From Escherichia coli (GTDB lineage Bacteria > Pseudomonadota > Gammaproteobacteria > Enterobacterales > Enterobacteriaceae): DNA of 64,000 bases. A program made the position numbers and the translations under genes. The stretch is from assembly GCF_050320075.1 (NCBI RefSeq), contig NZ_CP190018.1; one strand, 5' to 3'. The number at the start of each line of letters is the position of its first letter. Within the stretch, counting starts at the first letter, position 1. Of this stretch, positions 32,179-42,600 are shown one piece after another. Under the pieces are notes generated by a model. The model was not told the origin of the DNA and did not search any database. It saw only the letters and a list, made by a program, of their open reading frames with translations.

Positions 32179-35100
32179 TTAATGGAAAATGACGTCGGGT
32201 GCGCTTAACGCTTCACTCAAATCAAACACATCAAGTTCGGCAAAAGTGACAGATTTATTGTCACGGTATACATGAAGAGAACGGAAGCTCATTAGCGCTT
32301 TGCTATCAACATTGTAGTGGTTAAAACCGGATGAAAACTTAAGGACCAGCCGGTACTCGCCCAGGTCATAGACAAATGCATTCTCATAGCCTGACTCCCA
32401 GCCTTTGTATCGCATTCCCATAAGTTGCCCAACGGTAGCAGATTTACCTTCCCAGCGATTCAAACTATTACTGGCTGACTCGTCAGGCGTGAGCAGTACT
32501 GTGCGCCGTGCCAATTGGCGAAAAGGCGGCATAATTTCGTAATCGGCAAAAAGCTGTGCAAACTCACTGCGCATTTCTGCTGCCATTTCTAACGGGTGGG
32601 CAATGCCAATCAGAGCATCGGCAGGCAGGTCAATTGGCTCATCTTGCTCATTGCAGAACTCCCCCTCAGCGGCCACACGAAAGGCGTTGAGTAAACGACG
32701 CGGTTCATTTGCCGGATAAACACCCCATATTAATCGCTGAGTAACCAGACGGGTAAAGGGATGATTAACAAACAGAGAATGAAAATCTGCCAGCGACCAG
32801 CGTCGGGTGGTGCGCAGGGCAGTTTCAAGACGCGGGAGCAGGTTTTTGCTCACCTGAGTGGCATCTTTTTTTAGCCCTTTTAGTCGGGCCAGTGCCTCGG
32901 GTGCTTTCAGTTGATCGTCATCGGCGCGCAACCGGGGAACGCTTTTCTGGCGAACGTTTTGCTGATCAAAGATAACCGGGTTAAGGTTTTCATCGAAGCG
33001 AACGGTAAATTGCCGTGGACCAAAATCAAAAATCAACGCCTGCGGATCATCAAGACCCAGTGTTGGGACTAATCTGTCCGCTAACTGTTCCTGGCTTAGC
33101 CCTCGATTTTCTGCGACCACCTGAAGAAATTCCGCCGCGTTATCACGTAAGGGGCGGGATTTCGCCCGTTGCGATATATGATGCAGCTGTATCAGTGCCA
33201 TATCATTATTCATCTGAGTAAGTATGTTCAGGCCGCTGACGGCACGGGCAGATTTGCCTTCCTGTGGCCAGGCAAGGATCTGTGTCGTCAGATCCCGTGC
33301 CGTGCTTTCGTCGCCAAAGAGACTTAACGCCAGAAATGCCCAGTTGTCTTTTGCGGGAGCACCAGCTTGTTGCCACGCGGTGAAAAGATCCCAGGCAAAA
33401 GCTGCCAGCGTTTGCGGCTGGCAGAAAGTTTTCAGTTGTTCCAGTCCGCTATAAAAACGTCCGCCCTGGGTAAAGCGCAGCATTTCGCCGATAATTTCCA
33501 GTGCGTCATCGGTAACAGGCTGATTATTCGTGATAAGGCGCGGCCTGGACCACATTGCCGGCTGCCAGAAATCAGGGGCTTTTGGAATGCGTGTCGGGTA
33601 AATCTCTATTGGACTCTGTTTAAGTAAATGCTCCAGGGCAGGCCATACATCTGTACGCTGCCAGCGGTTTGCCGCGGTTTGCAGCAATTCACCATGTCCC
33701 TGTTCGTAAAGTAAACGTAGGGCAAGTAATGCAGCTTCGCTATTATCGCTGGATTTGGTGAAGACAAGAGGGATAAGTGCAGTAGCCGTATGTTCCGGCC
33801 ATTGTAAAATCCACTGGCGAGCCAGATCACGCTGCGCCGCGAAACGTCGCCAGACGCGGGCAACGGGCAGGGCCAGTTCTGTTGCGCCAAAATTTAAAAT
33901 TAACGGAAATGTTTCTTTTGGACGATATGAAAAAGCCAACAGCAGACCTGGTAGAGCATCCAATCCGAAGATACTGAGAAAATAGTCCTCACCCGCGAAC
34001 AGATGCTTTTTCTCATTGATACGTAGCCAGAAAGTCAAAGCTATCTCACGCGGCAACTGTGCCAATAAATACAGGTTCCAGATACTCTTTTCCCGACGAT
34101 AGCGTGAGTAGCTGTCATTTTCCCATATGTTAATTAACACTTCTACGTGACCGCTGCGAAGCGCCTGTTCTGCTAATTGTGCTTCCGGGGAGTTCCAGCC
34201 ATTCAGGATCTCTTCAACCCGCCCCTGGTAGTAATGCCACTGAACAATGAGTGAATTGCGTGCAGCATCCAGTTTTCCGGGGAGTATATAATTCAGAAAC
34301 AGCCATACATCATCTCCAAAACCCAGCTCCTGTAGTACAACTCGTCCACTTTTATGTTCCATGCGTTCCGCAAGAGATTCCGTGCTGAAATAACGGGCAG
34401 ACTCAGTGGCGGCAAGCCTCTCTCGTTCGCCTGGTTGCCAGTAAACTTGCGGCGTTAATTCGAACGGTGCCAAATCAAGACGTGGAACTGTCATTTTTTT
34501 CTTACTACGCCACGGTGGTGAAACGAGGATTTCAGGCATTTGGCTGTTATCGGTGCTATCAATAACCGTTTTAGGCGGTGCCGATAAATAACTATTCAGC
34601 ACTGACCGGGCTTGAGTACTTAACCACGGCATCACCTCTTCTGCCAGTTGTGGCTGCGATGCCATCAGCGTTTGTAACAGCGTACGCCAGTATTCATCAC
34701 GTGCTTTTTGCTGTGCAGGCAGCTTTTTGTCTTCGATGATTGGATAACCAGGGCGCGTAGGTGGTTCTTTTAGCGCCAGCAGTTCTGCCAGTGCGGCAAG
34801 CGTCGCATGGGGGAAATTTTTACTGTATTTAGCTACACGTTGCAGGCTGGGTTTGTTTTTATCAGCAACTAACAGCAGGGTGCGGATGACCTGCGGATGG
34901 TTAATTTGTACCAGCAGACTGCCGCAATCTTCTTTATGGGCATACATTGCCAGGCGTGGAACGGCTGCCAGTCCTTGTTCGCGCAAAAGGGCAGCGCAGG
35001 CCGCGTAGCCGAAGTGGTTTTCATGCGACATGTAGCTGGCTTCCCGATCGCTAAATATATCCTGGCTCCAGTAGCGTTCGAGTTTTCTCACCGCTCTGGG

Positions 35101-35811
35101 GTCAATAGCAACAACTTTTAACCACTCCTTAGAATGAAAATGAGTCCACGGGCATTCAAGGCTTACCAACTCATTGGCGATTTCTGGTTTTTCCGGGAGG
35201 ATCAGAGCAATAAAAGGGCGGCGAACTTTGGTTATTCCTGGCAGTGCGGCAATGAGTTTGTCGGCGCAACGCTGCCAGCTGCTTTCCTCTGCCAGAGAGA
35301 GATGCTTACGCAGTCGGAGATCGAATTCGTTATAGGTTTCTGATCGATAACCATAGCCATAATCCTCGTTCTGATACTGCAATGTCACTAGCAGAGGATC
35401 ACTTTCATAACATCGTGTAATAAACTGGCGTGCAATCACCACCTCAGTCGCATATTCCAGTCCCTCTTGTTGGACGATTTCGTCGAGCAACTGTTGGCTA
35501 TCATTTTGCGCGATACAGGCTAGCGCCGCCATTGTCCGGGCCGGAACTGAGGGTTTGTGTTCGCCAATCAAGTTGATGGCCTGCGTAATGGCCGACTGCC
35601 ACTCCAGTGAAAAATTTTCATAACGCCAGACAATGTTTTTTTTCTTCTCAGCTTTTTGTAGCAATTCATCACCCAGTGTCTGGATGAGGCTTTCAGTGAT
35701 AACAGGCACCGGTTCGCCCGGCCAACTGCGATGGCTGAGCGGCGTTTTGCCTTTTTTATATTTCAGTTCCACTTGGGCGTTATCCGCCAGCCACGGTAAT
35801 TCCTTGTCCAT
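32179..35811 (-). CDS. yehI: Giant MolR-family protein YehI (1210 aa, DUF4132-like, no N-terminal WGR domain)
   Basis: MDKELPWLADNAQVELKYKKGK...; shares blocks with the two upstream paralogues (RKHLSLAEES.WQ.C..KLIAA.P, LDFGPRQFTV, RLIWGVY, LFADYE..PPFRQL); ATG 9 bp downstream of preceding gene stop. Confidence 0.9.
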   Translation of the reverse strand: MDKELPWLADNAQVELKYKKGKTPLSHRSWPGEPVPVITESLIQTLGDELLQKAEKKKNIVWRYENFSLEWQSAITQAINLIGEHKPSVPARTMAALACIAQNDSQQLLDEIVQQEGLEYATEVVIARQFITRCYESDPLLVTLQYQNEDYGYGYRSETYNEFDLRLRKHLSLAEESSWQRCADKLIAALPGITKVRRPFIALILPEKPEIANELVSLECPWTHFHSKEWLKVVAIDPRAVRKLERYWSQDIFSDREASYMSHENHFGYAACAALLREQGLAAVPRLAMYAHKEDCGSLLVQINHPQVIRTLLLVADKNKPSLQRVAKYSKNFPHATLAALAELLALKEPPTRPGYPIIEDKKLPAQQKARDEYWRTLLQTLMASQPQLAEEVMPWLSTQARSVLNSYLSAPPKTVIDSTDNSQMPEILVSPPWRSKKKMTVPRLDLAPFELTPQVYWQPGERERLAATESARYFSTESLAERMEHKSGRVVLQELGFGDDVWLFLNYILPGKLDAARNSLIVQWHYYQGRVEEILNGWNSPEAQLAEQALRSGHVEVLINIWENDSYSRYRREKSIWNLYLLAQLPREIALTFWLRINEKKHLFAGEDYFLSIFGLDALPGLLLAFSYRPKETFPLILNFGATELALPVARVWRRFAAQRDLARQWILQWPEHTATALIPLVFTKSSDNSEAALLALRLLYEQGHGELLQTAANRWQRTDVWPALEHLLKQSPIEIYPTRIPKAPDFWQPAMWSRPRLITNNQPVTDDALEIIGEMLRFTQGGRFYSGLEQLKTFCQPQTLAAFAWDLFTAWQQAGAPAKDNWAFLALSLFGDESTARDLTTQILAWPQEGKSARAVSGLNILTQMNNDMALIQLHHISQRAKSRPLRDNAAEFLQVVAENRGLSQEQLADRLVPTLGLDDPQALIFDFGPRQFTVRFDENLNPVIFDQQNVRQKSVPRLRADDDQLKAPEALARLKGLKKDATQVSKNLLPRLETALRTTRRWSLADFHSLFVNHPFTRLVTQRLIWGVYPANEPRRLLNAFRVAAEGEFCNEQDEPIDLPADALIGIAHPLEMAAEMRSEFAQLFADYEIMPPFRQLARRTVLLTPDESASNSLNRWEGKSATVGQLMGMRYKGWESGYENAFVYDLGEYRLVLKFSSGFNHYNVDSKALMSFRSLHVYRDNKSVTFAELDVFDLSEALSAPDVIFH

Positions 35812-35820
35812 GCTCTTTCC

Positions 35821-38800
35821 TTATTCAAACAGGGCTTCAATATCGTTAATGAGTTCGCTGGCGGTGATGTCGTCGAGCACGGAGAACTGCGCTTCCTGAG
35901 TTGAATTACTCCCCCAGCCATAGCTTTCCGCTTTGCCTTCCCATAGCCACAGCTTGCTTAAGACCTGCTCAGCGCTAAGATCGGCTGGTGACATACCCAC
36001 CGCAAAACCTTCGTCGATTTCCATGATTAACGACCAGCGACCGAGAGGTTTGATCATCCATCCGATCCAGCCTCCATCCTGTGGTTCGCCCTTTATCCAG
36101 CCTTTATTTGCCAGCCCCATGACCCGGCCGCTCGGGCATTTTCTGCCTGCCCAGCGGGTCAGTTCGCTGGCGTTGCGCTCGGCTTCTGTCAGGGCGTAAC
36201 TGTTACGTTCAAGCTGACGGAACGGTGGTAGCAGTTCGTAGTCGGCAAAAAGCTGACCAAAGGCGACAGCATCCGTCGGTGATATTTCCAGAACGTGAGG
36301 AATGCCAACAGAGATATCGCCTTCCTGCAAGGTGAAAAGATCATCGTCAGCGGTGCTGTAGCTGTTATCTTCCGCCACCCTAAAGCACGCCTGTAGCTGG
36401 TTTTCGGCGCTATAAACGCCCCAAATCAGACGGCGGGTTAAGTGACGAACCAGCGGATGCTCAACCAGGAAGAGCTGAAAGTTTTCCGGCGACCAGCGGC
36501 GGCGCAGGCACATGGCGGATTCCAGCCTTGCTACCTGCTGGGCGGCGACGGTACGCGCATCTTTTTTCAGCAATTTGTAGCGGTTAACAGCATCGTTTGC
36601 CTGTGATTCATCATCGCTTTTATTGGGTTTAGGTAAGTCTTTCAGGCGGCTGCCGGAAACATCGCGCACAAACGGTTTTAAGGTTTCATCAAAGCTGACG
36701 GTGAACTGCCGTGGGCCAAAATCCAGCAGCAGCGAACCGTTATCATCCAGACCGAGAGCCGGTGCTAACCGATCTTCAAGCTCCGCTACCGTCAGTTCGC
36801 GACTTTCGGCAATGTCGGCAATTTTCTCTTTCGCCCGCTCCTGTAATGCTTTGAATTTCAGTTTCTGGGCAATGCCGTTAAGCTGCATCAGGGCGATATC
36901 ACTACTGATAGCGGCGAGGATATCCAGCCCGACGGTGGCGCGTTTATGCTGGGATTCACCAGGCCAGGCGCGTATTAATGGCGTCAGTTTGCGGGCGGTG
37001 TCATCGTTACCGAGAACGCCTAACGCAGTGAACGCCCAACTCTCTTTCGACGGCGCGCCAGCGGTCTGCCAGGCGGTAAACAGATCCCAGGCAAATTCAG
37101 CCAGTGAGTCGGCGGTACAGGCATCTTTCACCTGCAATAATCCCGGATACAGCGCCTCCTCCTGATGGAAGCGGAGCATTTCACCGAGGTGCTGGAGTGC
37201 GCTATCGGGCAGTGATTGGGCATTTGCTTTTAATACCGGGCGGGTCCAGATCGATGGCTGATAAAAGGCCGGAAGAGTGGGGATTTTTGTCGGGTGATTA
37301 TCTAAGGGATCGAGCGCAAGCATAGCGTTCACCGCATCTGTTACTTCCGGCTGGTTATAACGCCGGGCGATTTCTTGCAGTAATGGTTGATGACCGTTTT
37401 CGGTAAGCATACGCAATGCAGCGCGGGCGTTATCCTGTGCTTCACCGGCTTTGCCGAGCGCCGCAGACAGCAGGCCGGTAATGGCGTGTTCCGGGTATTT
37501 CAGCAGCCAGGTGCGGGCGTCTTGTCGTAGGGTTTTGAGTTTGTTGAAGGCGCGGGCGACGGCAGGTGCCAGCTCACTCGCTGCGAAGTAATTCGTTATG
37601 GGCAAGGCTTCCTGTGGATAGCGTGCAAGTGAGTTTACTAACCCAGGTAATCCTTTGAGTCCAAAATGTAACATGGCGTATTCGGTATCGGTATGCGGAG
37701 ATAGAGTAAGGGCATTCCATGCTCTTACTGCTTTCTCCAGCGGCAATGTTGTCAAAATCCCCAAATGCCAATAATGCCCGGTAGGTGAATGAAACACCTT
37801 AAATTCACTTATTAAAGTTGAATAATCTTCATTTAGCCATGCCTCAACTACCGCTTCGGGAGCTTTAATATATGTACCAGCGATCCGTCGTTGAAAACCC
37901 ATCCTTGCCAACAGATTGGCAGTACTTTCTTCATGACTAACCGTGATGTGTTTTGAATACCAGATATATTTCGCCAAAAGTTGATTACTGATTTCTTCTG
38001 TCAGATAACTGATTGGCTCAATACCTAATGGTGCTAAATCAAGCACTGGAATCGGCGATTTTTTCTTTTTCGAAAGCCATGGTGGGGAGACTACTATGGC
38101 CGGCAGTAGATCGGCGCTGGCATGGTTTGAGGGCTGTGTCAGTTGTTGCTGGCATGATTTCAGCACTGCAACTGCGGGTGTCGAAAGCCAGGGAATGACC
38201 TGTTCTGCTAGTGTCGGTTGCGAGATAAGCATCGTCATTAGCATAATGCGCCAACTATTCTCTTCTTTTTGCACTAGAAGTTCCGCCAGTGCTGCCAGTG
38301 CTGCGTGTGGGAACGCAGCGCAGGCTTTCGTCATTCGATCGTGACAGCGTTTAGTATGCCCTGCTACACGTATAAGCAGTGTTAATGCGAACGGATGATT
38401 GATATGACGCAACACATCGGCGCAGTAGTCACTTGCGACATAGGGAGCAAATCGGGGCAGGGCCGCAACACCTTGCTCCTGTAATACGGTGGCTGACCAT
38501 ATCGCACCACAATAGTAATCATCAAAAATGGCATATGGCTCGTGATATTTTTCTAATGAGGCAAGAATGTGCTCATCAGTCGCCACTATTTTTAGCCACT
38601 CCAGCGAGGGTAATTTCTTTTGCCCCAGTAGACGCTGGGCAATTTCATGTGCAATTTCTGGTTTTTCGGGCAATAACAAAGCAATTAATGGTTGCCGCCA
38701 TTCTGGAATATGTGGAACTGCGGCAATAAGTTTTTGTGCACATTTTTGCCAGAGAGACTCTTCCGCCAGTGATAAATGTTTACGTAGGCGTAATTCAAAG

Positions 38801-39615
38801 CTGGAATATTGCTGCAAATAATCAGGTGAAATGCCAGACGACAGGAAAACAATATTATTGTTGACATAATCCCATTCAATAGATATTTGTTGAAGATGTA
38901 TTATTACATCAGTAGCATATTCCAGACCGCCTTCCTGAATAATCTGATCCATAACATCCGCACGCTCTTTATATCTCGTGCAGTGCAGTTCAAGTGCCGC
39001 GAGTACAGCCATTACCGGTGATGGTAATTTTGTCGTTTTCGGGCTGTTAATCAGATCGATCGCCTGAGCGATGAAGTTTTGCCACTCTAAAGTACAGGCG
39101 CTGAAGTCAAATGTAGCTGTTTTGTTATCCCGTTGCGACACGCCACAGGCTAAGCGACGTAACTGGGTTAATTTATCTACAGGTGTAACAGGATCTCCGG
39201 GAAAGCGGCGATGGCTTAAGGTGGTGGGTACGACTTCAAGCGGAAAAACGACAGCAATATCTTTTGCCAGCCACGGTAAAATAACGTCTGTATTTTTGTC
39301 AGCCACGTAGAATTCTGGTGTAACTGAGGGCTGTTCCTGAATGATGGTAGAAAAGTCAGATAATTCGAGAGATTTCGTTACCGTTCGAGTATGTTTCGAT
39401 GTAGCATTCTCCGCATGTTCCACATACCCCTTTTTCGTTTTCTCCGCAATCAGCTTGAGTTCCGCTTTTTCCGCCGCCGCAGCATCTGCAAAGCTTTTTA
39501 CCTGACTTTGCCCGTTGGTGCCGACTTTGCCCCAACTGATATTCAGTTCGTTTCCCTGCTGCTCCACCGCCCAGAATTTATGTGATTTTTCGTCCTGATA
39601 AATATAGGTTTTCAT
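35821..39615 (-). CDS. Giant WGR-domain MolR/YehH-family protein, paralogue A (1264 aa)
   Basis: N-terminal WGR domain MKTYIYQDEKSHKFWAVEQQGNELNISWGKVGTNGQSQVKSFADAAAAEKAELKLIAEKTKKGY; remainder homologous to YehI and paralogue B; 12-bp gap with AAGGA RBS after paralogue B stop. Confidence 0.85.
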   Translation of the reverse strand: MKTYIYQDEKSHKFWAVEQQGNELNISWGKVGTNGQSQVKSFADAAAAEKAELKLIAEKTKKGYVEHAENATSKHTRTVTKSLELSDFSTIIQEQPSVTPEFYVADKNTDVILPWLAKDIAVVFPLEVVPTTLSHRRFPGDPVTPVDKLTQLRRLACGVSQRDNKTATFDFSACTLEWQNFIAQAIDLINSPKTTKLPSPVMAVLAALELHCTRYKERADVMDQIIQEGGLEYATDVIIHLQQISIEWDYVNNNIVFLSSGISPDYLQQYSSFELRLRKHLSLAEESLWQKCAQKLIAAVPHIPEWRQPLIALLLPEKPEIAHEIAQRLLGQKKLPSLEWLKIVATDEHILASLEKYHEPYAIFDDYYCGAIWSATVLQEQGVAALPRFAPYVASDYCADVLRHINHPFALTLLIRVAGHTKRCHDRMTKACAAFPHAALAALAELLVQKEENSWRIMLMTMLISQPTLAEQVIPWLSTPAVAVLKSCQQQLTQPSNHASADLLPAIVVSPPWLSKKKKSPIPVLDLAPLGIEPISYLTEEISNQLLAKYIWYSKHITVSHEESTANLLARMGFQRRIAGTYIKAPEAVVEAWLNEDYSTLISEFKVFHSPTGHYWHLGILTTLPLEKAVRAWNALTLSPHTDTEYAMLHFGLKGLPGLVNSLARYPQEALPITNYFAASELAPAVARAFNKLKTLRQDARTWLLKYPEHAITGLLSAALGKAGEAQDNARAALRMLTENGHQPLLQEIARRYNQPEVTDAVNAMLALDPLDNHPTKIPTLPAFYQPSIWTRPVLKANAQSLPDSALQHLGEMLRFHQEEALYPGLLQVKDACTADSLAEFAWDLFTAWQTAGAPSKESWAFTALGVLGNDDTARKLTPLIRAWPGESQHKRATVGLDILAAISSDIALMQLNGIAQKLKFKALQERAKEKIADIAESRELTVAELEDRLAPALGLDDNGSLLLDFGPRQFTVSFDETLKPFVRDVSGSRLKDLPKPNKSDDESQANDAVNRYKLLKKDARTVAAQQVARLESAMCLRRRWSPENFQLFLVEHPLVRHLTRRLIWGVYSAENQLQACFRVAEDNSYSTADDDLFTLQEGDISVGIPHVLEISPTDAVAFGQLFADYELLPPFRQLERNSYALTEAERNASELTRWAGRKCPSGRVMGLANKGWIKGEPQDGGWIGWMIKPLGRWSLIMEIDEGFAVGMSPADLSAEQVLSKLWLWEGKAESYGWGSNSTQEAQFSVLDDITASELINDIEALFE

Positions 39616-39627
39616 TGCAAAGTCCTT

Positions 39628-42600
39628 TTAATCAAAAAGTGATTCGATGTCGTTAATGAGTTCGCTGGCGGTGATGGCATCAAGCGCGGAGAACGTGAGC
39701 GAGGGCTGTGTACTGTAGCGTTCCCCTGGTGAAGTGATTTTTACGCTTTCAACAGGTAGCAGGTCGCTATACCCCGTTTCGCCATAAATTAATGAAAAAT
39801 GTTCTGTTTCAAGTTCGAGAGCGCCATAAGGGGTAGATTTGCGCATCGCATAGACGCTGCCGCTTTCTTCCAGACGTTGCCAGCCTCGACGTTCCAGCCC
39901 GACAATGCGCCCGGCCTGGCAAAGACGTCCTTGCCAGCGTATCAATTCATGGGTATCACGTTCATTATCAGTAAGGTGGTAATAACCACGATCGAGTTGG
40001 CGAAAGGGAGGAAGCTTTTCGTAATCAGCATAAATTTGCCCAAATGCAGTGGCGGATTCAGGAGATATTTCCAGCACATGCGGTATACCGATGTTTCCTG
40101 CTGGCAGCGTGAATAACTCATCCTGCGCATCGCTGTAAGTGCTGTCTTCTGCGACCCGGAAGCAGGCGATCAGCGTGTTTTCCTCAGTATATACCCCCCA
40201 TAACACCCGTCGGGTTAAGTGACGTACCAGCGGATGCTCCACCAGAAACAGGCGGAACTGCTCTGCCGTCCAGCGTCTGCGCTGGCACATATCCTGCTCC
40301 AGACGATCAATCTGCTGGCTGGCAATGGCGTGCACATCTTTCTTCAATTGTTTGAAGAGGTTAACGGAGTCAGTTGCCAGTGTTTGATCATCGCTCTGAT
40401 TTGGTTTGGGTAAATCTTTCAGGACTTTGCCGTTTGCATCGTGCACTACAGGTTTTAAGGTTTCGTCAAAACCAACGGTGAATTGACGTGGGCCGAAATC
40501 CAGTATCAGCGAGCCACTGTTATCAAGCCCTAAATCTGGAGCCAGGCGGTCTTCCAGTTCAGCCATAGTCAGCCCACGGTTTTCAGCAACTATGTTGATT
40601 TTCTCGCGGGCATGTTCCTGTAATGCTTTGAATTTAATTTTTCGCGCGATGCCATTAAGCAGCATTAGCGCAACATCGCTGCCAATATCAGCTAATACAT
40701 CCAGCCCGTAAACCGCGCGTTTATGCTGGGATTCACCCGGCCAGGCACGGATAAGCGGGGTTAATTTACGTGCGGTGTCGTCATTGCCTAAAATCCCAAG
40801 CGAAGTAAATGCCCAGTTTTCTTTTGCGGGTGCGCCAGCTTCTGTCCATGCCGTGTAGAGATCCCAGCCAAAGTCAGCCAGTGATTCGTGGGTGAAGGTC
40901 TCTTTGATGGTCGCCAGCCCAGCGTAGGAGGTAATGTCGCGTGGAAAGCTCAACATTGTGCCCAGGTGGCGCATAGCGTCATCTGGCAGAGGCAGGTTGT
41001 TACTTTTAAGCCGTGGTCTGCGCCATAAGGTGAACTGATAAAAGCCGGGCAGTGGGGCGATTTTAGCGGGATATTCTTCCAGCGGATCGCTATCGAACAA
41101 TGTTGCCAGCGCAGCTAAAACATCAGGTTGGTTGTATCTCCGGCCGATTTCTTCAATCGTTTCTCGCTGGTTTAATTTCACTAGCAGGCGGAATGCCTGG
41201 CGGGCATATTCCCGATTTTGGCACGGTTTGCCCAGCGCCAAAGGCAGTAGCCCGGCGGCGGCATGGCGCGGGTTATTTGCCAGCCAATTAATGGCATCCT
41301 TGTAAGCCATTTTTTTCTGTAACCGCTGCGCCATTGGTAAGGCTAGTTCACTGGCCCCAATAAAGAGGGTGAATATCCACAGTCGTTGATGATCTCGTTG
41401 CAAGCAGGTCATAAACGCAGGAATGGCCGTACTACCAAAAACTGCCAGAATCTCTTTCTCACCTGAATATCGCTCCTCAATGATTATTTGGTTGAGAAAT
41501 GAAATCGCCTGTTGTCCCGGTAAGTAACAAAGCGCAGATAGATTCCAGCTTTTGTTGGCATTGTTGTGATATTTCGCAAACTCAGCTTTTAGTGCTGGAA
41601 AATCAAAGCGCAACAAGGCATCAACAGCGCTTTGCGGTATATATTTTTTTTCATGTAAGTCATCTTCGCAATGCAGCCATTCATTAAAACCTAATTGCCA
41701 AAGGATTTGTTGTTCTGGTGTAAAAGGAATGAAAGATGTCTCCCAGCTTTCTTTTTCAATTAGTGGCAGGTCGGTAAATAAGGTTTGCTGTGATGACTGA
41801 TATTGCGCGATTTCACTGAATCTGGATATGTCAGTATGACTGATTAACTCTGTAATTCCTGGCGTGATGTCAGTGACTGCAGGGATGGGAAGCACCGGTA
41901 AATCAAATACGGGTATTACATTCGTTTTCTTATTTATTACCCACGGTGGAGCGACAAACAGCTCCGGCAACATATCCGCAGTGGCGTATTCACATTCTTC
42001 AGCGACTAACTGAGTACGACATTCAGATAAGATGCCTGCCGCTTTAGCATTAACCCAGGGAATGACGTCAGTGACTAAATCTGGCGTGGCGGTAATCAGT
42101 TTGACAAGCGCTTTACGCCACTGTGCATCTTCATGTATTGCCAGTAAAGTTGCATAAGCGGCAAGAGCCGCAGCGGGATGTTTTTGACAGGCTTTGCTTA
42201 AGTATTCCAGGTGCTTTTTCTTGCCAATTACACCGAGGATCAGAATTTGAATCGCATCCGGGTGATTCGTTTTCCATAGCCATTTGACAAGATCTTCAGT
42301 CTCGCTGATGCGCTCGAAGAGATAAGTGGGATTGTCAGAATGCTCTTCCGTAAACTCAAGAAGTATCCGGCTTACACCGCGCACCCCATTATTTGCCAGC
42401 AACATTGCCAGATAAGCGCGAAAATCATGATACAACGGTGGGAAGTCGTATTTTTCTGCTGTAGTCAGAGCGGCGTCATCGGTTACCACCAGTCTTAACC
42501 AGGTCATCGCCGGAACGTTTTGATCTGCATAACGTAGCGCCATAGCATTGGCAATATCCGGGCGTTCAGGGAGCAGTAACGCCGCAAAAGGTTGCCGTGC

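Noticed and set aside
36623-37165. 180-aa plus-strand ORF and similar antisense ORFs inside the MolR paralogues (33224..33454, 38096..38344, 39799..40116)
   Set aside because: Serine/arginine-rich shadow frames of the giant minus-strand genes
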